From NCBI GenBank assembly GCA_001777665.1, contig MFEQ01000008.1, positions 1 through 50,144 on the forward strand: 50,144 nt of DNA. The letters run 5' to 3'. Made by a program: the position numbers and the translations under genes. The stretch comes from Candidatus Doudnabacteria bacterium RIFCSPHIGHO2_02_FULL_42_25 (GTDB taxonomy: Bacteria > Patescibacteriota > Doudnabacteria > UBA920 > O2-02-FULL-48-8). Each line of letters starts with the position of its first letter. Positions within the stretch are counted from its first letter, which is position 1. The notes below the pieces were generated by a model. The model worked only from the letters and a program-made list of their open reading frames with translations. It did not search any database and was not told where the DNA came from. Positions 43,921-50,144 of the stretch are shown here, in pieces.

Positions 43921-45091
43921 GGTTAAAGGTGCGGGGATCGGTTTGGCTATAGCGATTTTACTGATAGCATCAAATGCTTCGGCCAAAACTTTGACTTTCG
44001 AAGACAAAACTTGGGAAGTCAATCCGACGACCGGAAGTTTGGTGACGAAAATTGCGGTCCGAAATGATTTAGACTTAGAAGCTGTCGCCATGCAAGCCAT
44101 TTTAGGGATTGAACAATTCGAACAAGACGAATTATTTGATGAAGAAACAGCCAAGCAAATTAATACTATCGCCAGTGAGACCAACCAACAAGCTCAAAAT
44201 GCCCATATAGTAGTGGAGGGCAATGTTGCTACTGAATTTACTCCTGATCGAAATGGACAAGGACTGGATATTTACGAACTACGTAGTTTGATACGTAATT
44301 CTAATTCCAGCATCAATCTACCAGTATTAATTTCCAAACCAACCGTGACGTTGTCCCAGATTAACAATCTCGGGATCAAAGAATTGGTTGCGGTCGGAGA
44401 ATCTGACTTTACTGGTTCGCCGAAGAATAGGATACATAATATTAATGTCGGTGCCCAAAAATTCAATGGATTAATTATTGATCAAGGTAAAGAATTTTCA
44501 TTTAATAAGTATTTAGGTGATGTCGACGGCGAGCATGGGTTTCTTCCTGAATTAGTCATCAAAAAAACTGGCGTGGTGCCGGAATTTGGTGGTGGACTTT
44601 GCCAAGTCTCATCTACTGCTTTTCGAGCAGCGATGAACGCAGGGGTCCCGATCACGGCTAGACGAAACCACAGCTTTGCGGTACAATATTATGCTCCACA
44701 AGGCACTGATGCCACGATCTACCCGGGAGTCCAAGATTTGAAATTTATCAACGATACCCCAGGACGTCTCCTGGTCCACACCAAAATTGTCGGAAAAAAA
44801 TTGTTCTTTGAATACTATGGCACCAAAGATGACCGCAATGTCACCTTTGAAGGACCGATCCAGTACGATAAAAAAGCGAATGGTGCTATGAAAGCGACTT
44901 GGACCAGACACGTCGCCATCAACGGTGAGACGAAAACTCAAACCTTTAATAGTGTCTACCAACCACCCGCACTCTTCCATCCAGAGGAACAAAAAGAAAC
45001 GCCGAACCCCGAAACAGTCGCTACAATTAATAATCAACCGGTCACCGCCGGCACCAATACCACTAATGCAGATCCAGCTATCCAAAACTGA
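43919..45091 (+). CDS. VanW-family protein
   Basis: The signal/TM segment (MVKGAGIGLAIAILLIASNASA) starts at the ATG at 43919. The VanW core is PEFGGGLCQVSSTAFRAAMNAGVPITARRNHSF. The ORF-track start at 43820 would translate the hairpin repeats. Confidence 0.7.
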   Translation: MVKGAGIGLAIAILLIASNASAKTLTFEDKTWEVNPTTGSLVTKIAVRNDLDLEAVAMQAILGIEQFEQDELFDEETAKQINTIASETNQQAQNAHIVVEGNVATEFTPDRNGQGLDIYELRSLIRNSNSSINLPVLISKPTVTLSQINNLGIKELVAVGESDFTGSPKNRIHNINVGAQKFNGLIIDQGKEFSFNKYLGDVDGEHGFLPELVIKKTGVVPEFGGGLCQVSSTAFRAAMNAGVPITARRNHSFAVQYYAPQGTDATIYPGVQDLKFINDTPGRLLVHTKIVGKKLFFEYYGTKDDRNVTFEGPIQYDKKANGAMKATWTRHVAINGETKTQTFNSVYQPPALFHPEEQKETPNPETVATINNQPVTAGTNTTNADPAIQN

Positions 45092-46481
45092 AACTAGCCC
45101 CAACCTCACCATTCTTCCACTTTTTGTGGGAGAAAAATTAAACAAAAATCTGCCAAAACATGCGTTGGCAGATTTTAAAAATCGTCTGGGCAGTACTCAT
45201 TTAATCTACACTGATTCCAGTCGAGTCTTACTTTTAGGCTTGGGCGAAAAGAAAAATTTCAAACCTGAATCCTGGCGAACTGCAACCCATACCTCAATCA
45301 ACATCGCCATGACGTTGGGAGTAGAAAGCATGGACATCGTGTTGCCGAAACTGCCAACCAACCAGTTAGAAGCTTTTCTCGAACTGACCGGGTTTGCTCT
45401 GACCTTTAGTGGTTATCGATTTGATGAATATAAAAAAGAAAAAAATGGTTTGAAATTAAAAGAAGTTTATCTAATCTCACCTATTAATGCCAAATTATCC
45501 AAAGCCCTAACTCGAGGAATTGCTTTAGGTCATGCCGCAAACACCGCTCGAAGCCTGGCGAATCATCCAGGCAATGTCGCTACTCCTACTCATCTCGCTC
45601 AACACGCCAAAGAATCAGCTAAAAAATTTGGTTTCAAATGTCAGGTTCTGGGGCCCAAAGAAATTGCCAAAGAAAAAATGGGATTACTCACTGGCGTATC
45701 ACTTGGTTCAGACCAACCACCGCAGTTTATTATTTTGGAGTATGGGAATAAAAATAAACCGCCTTTTGTCCTAGTTGGGAAAGGTTTAACTTTTGACAGC
45801 GGTGGAGTTTCGATCAAGCCGTCAGAAAAAATGGAAGAAATGAAATATGATATGTGTGGCGGGGCGGTCGTCTTGGGAATCTTCGAAGCCGCAGCAGCGC
45901 TTAAACTTCCGGTGCATTTGGTAGGTTTAATTCCGGCCACAGAAAATTTGTTATCGGGTAAGGCTGTAAAACCGGGAGATATCTTGATCTCGCACATCGG
46001 AGCTTCAGTTGAAATTATCAATACTGACGCCGAAGGCCGGCTCGTACTCGCGGATGCGATTAGTTATGCCAAAAAATATTATAAGCCAAAATTAATTATC
46101 GATTACGCAACCCTGACTGGTGCTGTGATCACAGCCCTTGGTGATGAATATACTGGGTATTTCAGCAATACTAAAAATTACCAAAAACAATTTGAAAAAT
46201 CATCGGCCCTAACTGCGGAAAAAATCTGGAGCCTACCTTTGGCTCAAGAGTATAAAGATCAGCTCAAGAGCTCAATTGCAGATATCAAAAACCTAGGCGA
46301 AAAAGGTGCTGGGGCTACGACCGCTGCTTTATTCCTAGAATACTTTGTCGGGACCACACCGTGGATTCATTTGGACATTGCTGGTACTGCCTGGACGATG
46401 CGACCCAAATCCTATGCCTCCCCTGGTGCAACTGGATGGGGTGTCTATTTGACAGTAGATTTTCTACGAAATAATATATAA
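45066..46481 (+). CDS. pepA: Leucyl aminopeptidase (M17)
   Basis: It has VGKGLTFDSGG and the signature NTDAEGRLVLAD. The ORF-track GTG at 44925 lies inside vanW, so the ATG at 45066 is preferred. Confidence 0.85.
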   Translation: MQIQLSKTETSPNLTILPLFVGEKLNKNLPKHALADFKNRLGSTHLIYTDSSRVLLLGLGEKKNFKPESWRTATHTSINIAMTLGVESMDIVLPKLPTNQLEAFLELTGFALTFSGYRFDEYKKEKNGLKLKEVYLISPINAKLSKALTRGIALGHAANTARSLANHPGNVATPTHLAQHAKESAKKFGFKCQVLGPKEIAKEKMGLLTGVSLGSDQPPQFIILEYGNKNKPPFVLVGKGLTFDSGGVSIKPSEKMEEMKYDMCGGAVVLGIFEAAAALKLPVHLVGLIPATENLLSGKAVKPGDILISHIGASVEIINTDAEGRLVLADAISYAKKYYKPKLIIDYATLTGAVITALGDEYTGYFSNTKNYQKQFEKSSALTAEKIWSLPLAQEYKDQLKSSIADIKNLGEKGAGATTAALFLEYFVGTTPWIHLDIAGTAWTMRPKSYASPGATGWGVYLTVDFLRNNI

Positions 46482-46511
46482 GCTACTTAACCGTCGGAAG
46501 AAAGGTAAACC

Positions 46512-46748
46512 ATGGCAGAATTAAGTAAAAAAGACTTAATGATAACCCTTGGAGAATTTACGGAAGAAACTCTTCTCCCGGCTATTTCCTCTATTGTCGA
46601 TGGAAAGCTTGAAGAAAAGCTTGGACCACTAGAGAAAAAAGTCGATATTATCCAAGGTAAGCTCGATAATATCCTCTACAAAGAAGTTAATCAGCTAGAA
46701 TCTCGAGTGACTCGTCTCGAACAACATACTGGACTAAAAACCGCTTAA
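46512..46748 (+). CDS. Small coiled-coil protein, function unknown
   Basis: This 78-aa ORF has a GAAAGG-type weak SD and is followed by a terminator. Confidence 0.4.
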   Translation: MAELSKKDLMITLGEFTEETLLPAISSIVDGKLEEKLGPLEKKVDIIQGKLDNILYKEVNQLESRVTRLEQHTGLKTA

Positions 46749-46762
46749 CCCGCGGTTTTTTA
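46736..46762 (+). terminator. Intrinsic terminator
   Basis: AAAAACCGC pairs with GCGGTTTTT, and the stop codon sits in the loop. A T-run follows. Confidence 0.65.
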
Positions 46763-46794
46763 AATCCTTGGTCCTTTGCTATACTAGGGACAAT

Positions 46795-47829
46795 ATGATC
46801 ACCAATGATTCCATAGAAACAGACATAATCAAACCAACCACTACCACTGAAGAAGTGTTGTTTGAGGCGACATTGCGTCCTCAAAAACTCGCTGAATATG
46901 TCGGCCAGGAAAAAATCAAAGAAAACTTAAAGATCCTAATTGATGCAGCCAAGGCGCGCAAAGAAACCCTCGAGCATCTACTTTTCTACGGCCCACCCGG
47001 CCTTGGCAAAACTACACTCGCTCATATCATTTCCAGGGAGACAGGATCAAACATTAAAGTAACATCTGGGCCTGCTATAGAAAAAGCCGGAGACCTCGCT
47101 TCCCTGCTGACCAATCTTACTGAAAACGACGTTTTATTCATAGACGAAATTCATCGGCTAAACAAAACCGTAGAAGAAATTCTCTACCCAGCGATGGAAG
47201 ACTATGCGCTGGATATCGTCCTCGGCAAAGGAGCGGGAGCCAAAGCTGTCAGATTGGATTTGCCCAAATTTACGTTGATTGGGGCGACAACCAGAATCGG
47301 ACTACTCTCGGCTCCCCTGCGTGATCGGTTTGGTATGACTTATCGTCTGGATTATTATGAAGAACCAGAAATCGAAGCCATTCTCAAACGAACCGCCAAA
47401 ATCCTCGGAATTCAAATCGATGATCAAGGTAAAATCGAAATTGCCAAACGATCCAGACGCACTCCTCGAATCGCTAATCGCCTCCTCAAGCGTGTCCGCG
47501 ACTTTGCACAAGTTAAAGCTCGAGGTAAAATAGATAGACAGGTCGCTGATGAAGCTTTGTCTATGCTCGAGGTGGACGAACTTGGTTTGGACAACAACGA
47601 CCGTCGGATTTTGGAAGCCTTAATCGACAAATTCGGAGGCGGTCCAGTCGGTATATCCTCCCTGGCCGCCGCAACTTCAGAAGACATGGGGACAATCGAG
47701 GATATCTATGAGCCTTATCTACTTCGGCTCGGACTCCTGGCCCGAACACCCAAGGGCCGCGTCGCCACACCAGCAGCATACGATCATCTCAAAAAGACAC
47801 CAAAAACAACAGCACAAACATTACTATGA
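46795..47829 (+). CDS. ruvB: Holliday junction branch migration DNA helicase RuvB
   Basis: It has Walker A (GPPGLGKTT), Walker B (LFIDEIHRL) and sensor regions. TGCTATACT at 46777-46785 ends 9 nt before the ATG at 46795. Confidence 0.9.
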   Translation: MITNDSIETDIIKPTTTTEEVLFEATLRPQKLAEYVGQEKIKENLKILIDAAKARKETLEHLLFYGPPGLGKTTLAHIISRETGSNIKVTSGPAIEKAGDLASLLTNLTENDVLFIDEIHRLNKTVEEILYPAMEDYALDIVLGKGAGAKAVRLDLPKFTLIGATTRIGLLSAPLRDRFGMTYRLDYYEEPEIEAILKRTAKILGIQIDDQGKIEIAKRSRRTPRIANRLLKRVRDFAQVKARGKIDRQVADEALSMLEVDELGLDNNDRRILEALIDKFGGGPVGISSLAAATSEDMGTIEDIYEPYLLRLGLLARTPKGRVATPAAYDHLKKTPKTTAQTLL

Positions 47830-48044
47830 ATCCCGTCACACCAACCAATCTTGGAGAAACTATTCTGAACGTGTTTTTCTATTTGATCATTGCGGCGTTT
47901 TTGATTTACAGTATCATCGCGATCTATTCCCTACTTCGGTATGGTCGGACAAAGATTTTAAGTATCTCGGTGATAGTTGTCTACCTAATAATCTCTGCTG
48001 GACTTTACGCTGCCGCCGTCAGTAGTTTAAATCAAATCAAATGA
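47826..48044 (+). CDS. Small two-helix membrane protein
   Basis: It has ATGA overlaps with ruvB and with the next gene. The 72-aa protein has two hydrophobic helices. Confidence 0.45.
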   Translation: MNPVTPTNLGETILNVFFYLIIAAFLIYSIIAIYSLLRYGRTKILSISVIVVYLIISAGLYAAAVSSLNQIK

Positions 48045-48574
48045 TTCATAATCCCTTGTTTCCAGGTCAGCAGGAAAACGAAAAAATTTACATGGTGTTG
48101 CGACCGCATTGGTTTATTTTTTTCCTAAAATTTCTAGCCTGGGTATTGTTTGCCGCTATCCCATTTATTATCGACTGGTTTATCAATCAGTTTGCCCCAG
48201 GACTGAACAATGCTCCTTATGTAGGATATATCGATCTTTTGAAAGACATCTATATGATGTTTTTAATGTTGGGATTATTTATTCTCTGGATTATGTATTA
48301 TTTGAATATGCAAATCATTACCAATGAGCGCATCGTTGATGTCACCCAAAAATCTTTGCTCCACCATACGATTTCAGAATTGCATTTAACCAATATCGAA
48401 GACGTGACGGCAGAAGTCAAAGGGGTGTTTGGGACTTTTCTAAACTATGGCAGTGTCTATGTCCAAACCGCAGCCGAAACCGAACGCTTTGTGTTCGATA
48501 ATGTTCCCAACCCCGCAGCAGTCGAAAAAATGATCCTCGATCTCTATGAAAAAGTGCCAAAAGGAAACGATTAA
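48041..48574 (+). CDS. Membrane protein with a bacterial PH-like (YdbS/YdbT-type) domain
   Basis: Two TM helices are followed by ERIVDVTQKSLLHHTISELHLTNIEDV...GSVYVQTAAE...FDNVPNP. Confidence 0.45.
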   Translation: MIHNPLFPGQQENEKIYMVLRPHWFIFFLKFLAWVLFAAIPFIIDWFINQFAPGLNNAPYVGYIDLLKDIYMMFLMLGLFILWIMYYLNMQIITNERIVDVTQKSLLHHTISELHLTNIEDVTAEVKGVFGTFLNYGSVYVQTAAETERFVFDNVPNPAAVEKMILDLYEKVPKGND

Positions 48575-48576
48575 AT

Positions 48577-48599
48577 ACCGCCAATAGGTGGTTTTTTTT
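48577..48599 (+). terminator. Intrinsic terminator (6-bp stem + T8)
   Basis: ACCGCC-AATA-GGTGGT is followed by TTTTTTT. Confidence 0.5.
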
Positions 48600-48601
48600 A
48601 T

Positions 48602-48635
48602 AAAAAAGGGCGGGGGTCGAAACGACTCCCCGCCC
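48602..48635 (-). terminator. Intrinsic terminator of the GC-rich 48659-49987 gene
   Basis: GGGCGGGGGTCG-AAA-CGACTCCCCGCCC has one bulge. The A-run at 48602-48607 gives a T-run on the minus strand. Confidence 0.65.
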
Positions 48636-48658
48636 TGCAAAGCAAACGTGTGTCGAAA

Positions 48659-49987
48659 TTACTGAAGACCGGCTTCCTTCCGCAGGTCCTGGAGCGTGAC
48701 CTCCACGCCGGTGATGCCCGTGTAGTACTCAGCGAGCGTATCGTTGAGCAACCCAGGACGATGCTCGGCGAGTCGTTTCATAAACCCGCCACGATGGCCC
48801 TTCTGCGTCTGGGCAAACATCGCACGGGCTGTCAAAGCGGCCTTCTTTTTGCTCTTGCGTCCCGGACCCTCCAGGAACTTCATGCCGACCTCGATCCGCG
48901 CCTTGTTGTAAGCCACTTTGCTCTTGGCCTTAGCCTTGAGCAGCTCGACCTGAGCCTCGAGGAAGTCGCCGTTACGACCAGGCGTGGTCTTTCGCTTGCC
49001 GCTGGTTGTTGGGCTCGCGACCAACTGCTGACCACCATGCGAAGCGACCAACATCGTGAGTTCACCCATGAACTTCGTGAACCGATCGTTTCCAGCTGCA
49101 GCCACGAGGCTCTCGAGTGCCTCCAAGACTTCGCCGCCCGCCGCTTCCGCCATAGCGCGGAGTCTCTTCAATCCATTACTCATCACAACAGTCTCCTTGG
49201 TCCGCACGATTTCCTGCGGCGGACGGTTTAGATCGTACAGTGGTTCTTTGAACCACTCTCCATACAAATACCTAGCGAATTTCGGTGCAGCTATCCGCTG
49301 TGGCTTGTCTGAAAAGTGGAAGAAGTAAGTCCGCATCGGGAATGGGGCTCCCGATGTGTGCGAAATATAGGCGTACCTTCGCACACGGTTGGGCATTCGA
49401 TAGCGACCGTAGAAGAGAAACAGGTCTGTGATCGAGAAGAAAAATCCGATCTCGCGCATGATGGCGAGCTCTCGATCCTTGCCCTGTTCAGCTTCCAATC
49501 GTTCACGCATTCGCTGGTACCGGAAACCTAGAAGTGCAGAAAGCCACTTCTCGATTTTTCCGAAATTGTCCACCGACGCATTCCGTCTGGCGTCTGCAAC
49601 CGTTATGGCGAGACATCGCCCACGACTTTGGACCACCAATGGAATGATACGACGCGCGATGTCGATGTTGGGCTCGATAGTACCGCAGAGGTCGAGATGA
49701 AAAGCGTCGACTCCCCGGCTCGAACCTGCGACAGATCGAAATACCCGAGAAAAACTGGCCAGCGACGACGTGTATCTATAGGGCAACTGGGAGATCAAGT
49801 TAGCTGACCGTTTCCTATTTCGTTCGATCAACCAACCGTTACTATCCGGAATTCCGTGTTCTTGCCAGATCGCCGCCTCTCGTCCTTCTCCTCCGAGTGA
49901 AGCGATTACTGCTTCGCTTAGGGGAACGTGCTTCTGCACGAATTGAAGGAAGAGTCGGAGCACTTGGCTCTTGAGTTCCTTGTCCAT
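48659..49987 (-). CDS. GC-rich 442-aa ORFan with a weakly Rossmann/methyltransferase-like N-terminal half and a Lys-rich C-terminal half
   Basis: GAGGAGGAG precedes the ATG. The motif-like strings LGGEG, LIERN and FHLDLCGT occur in the order of class-I SAM methyltransferase motifs I/II/IV, but the match is loose. Confidence 0.55.
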   Translation of the reverse strand: MDKELKSQVLRLFLQFVQKHVPLSEAVIASLGGEGREAAIWQEHGIPDSNGWLIERNRKRSANLISQLPYRYTSSLASFSRVFRSVAGSSRGVDAFHLDLCGTIEPNIDIARRIIPLVVQSRGRCLAITVADARRNASVDNFGKIEKWLSALLGFRYQRMRERLEAEQGKDRELAIMREIGFFFSITDLFLFYGRYRMPNRVRRYAYISHTSGAPFPMRTYFFHFSDKPQRIAAPKFARYLYGEWFKEPLYDLNRPPQEIVRTKETVVMSNGLKRLRAMAEAAGGEVLEALESLVAAAGNDRFTKFMGELTMLVASHGGQQLVASPTTSGKRKTTPGRNGDFLEAQVELLKAKAKSKVAYNKARIEVGMKFLEGPGRKSKKKAALTARAMFAQTQKGHRGGFMKRLAEHRPGLLNDTLAEYYTGITGVEVTLQDLRKEAGLQ

Positions 49988-50026
49988 AATTTCGACTCCT
50001 CCTCTGAAGTCAGAAAAGAACCTGTA

Positions 50027-50055
50027 ATATTATTCTTTTCTAGCGATTTTGTCAA
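50027..50055 (-). promoter_or_regulatory. Near-consensus TTGACA-N17-TAATAT promoter facing the 442-aa gene
   Basis: On the minus strand the -35 box is at 50050-50055 and the -10 box is at 50027-50032, about 40 nt upstream of the ATG at 49987. Confidence 0.45.
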
Positions 50056-50073
50056 GGCTTATTTCGTGTAGAG

Positions 50074-50144
50074 TTAACAGTCAATGATGACACTTTGGGC
50101 TAACTTCTCGACTGGAGTTAGTCCATTTAATTTTGTGTGAATTC
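50074..50144 (-). mobile_element. 3' end of a DDE (rve/integrase-core type) transposase gene, truncated by the window edge
   Basis: The minus-strand frame reads ...IHTKLNGLTPVEKLAQSVIIDC-stop (stop at 50074-50076). H-x-x-L-x-G-x-T-P-x-E-x-L is the usual tail of the rve domain (compare RPHxxLgGxTPxexl). Confidence 0.45.

Noticed and set aside
44925-45065. An N-terminal extension of pepA starting at the GTG at 44925
   Set aside because: It would overlap the last 167 nt of vanW in another frame and encodes a basic low-complexity peptide. The M17 homology begins after the ATG at 45066.
48650-49700. A plus-strand 193-aa ORF (48650-49231) and other 60-90-aa ORFs overlapping the 442-aa gene
   Set aside because: High GC suppresses stop codons in all frames. 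Only the minus-strand 442-aa frame has an SD, a promoter-like element and a terminator. The antisense translations are Arg/Ser/Leu-rich, as is typical of non-coding frames.
1-50144. An alternative genetic code (UGA as Gly or Trp, as in some CPR lineages and mycoplasmas)
   Set aside because: Long conserved genes are intact under the standard code, and TGA terminates genes in the ATGA overlaps at 7488-7491, 47826-47829 and 48041-48044.

Overview
This 50 kb segment is AT-rich (about 40% GC by hand counts of sampled 60-nt lines), densely packed, and mostly housekeeping. The standard genetic code applies: TGA acts as a stop in the ATGA overlaps at 7488, 47826 and 48041. The gene content and style suggest a reduced-genome Patescibacteria/CPR-like bacterium, but that is inference, not proof. 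Supporting traits are short enzymes, a FemAB gene, a type IV pilus ATPase, scattered tsaD / half-size tsaB / tsaE, many small membrane or secreted ORFans, and few Shine-Dalgarno sites. Recognisable genes are gdhA, two tandem trxB paralogs, folD, an ECF sigma factor with a DUF5667-type partner, tRNA-Glu(UUC), tsaD, valS, rpoC, rpoB, an MFS transporter, a LOG/TIGR00725-like gene, femAB, ruvA, uvrB, rpsT, polA, a Nudix gene, an M23/FG-GAP peptidase, pilB/gspE, a degenerate DHH protein, tsaE, vanW, pepA and ruvB. Six things stand out. (1) Three GC-richer insertions (roughly 50-60% GC) sit between housekeeping genes, and all their genes have strong GGAGG ribosome-binding sites: an orphan coiled-coil GGDEF-like gene (15.0-16.0 kb), a three-gene ORFan island (30.4-32.1 kb), and a 442-aa ORFan next to a transposase 3' end (48.6-50.1 kb). 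(2) A lone wHTH + Cas2-like (PaaX-type) gene is bracketed by 26-34 bp direct repeats that contain a perfect palindrome (34.16-34.75 kb). (3) A family of ~80-nt inverted repeats has arms built from TAC(G/T)AA hexamer units. (4) Several families of small GC-rich palindromes occur, one nested inside another. (5) -10 boxes (some with a TGn extension) often lie 6-10 nt from start codons with no SD, suggesting leaderless mRNAs. (6) A partial gene at the left edge, absent from the ORF track, ends in dockerin-like repeats. I found no CRISPR array, rRNA gene, reverse transcriptase or complete known defence system. All functional calls come from motif recognition by eye and need database confirmation.
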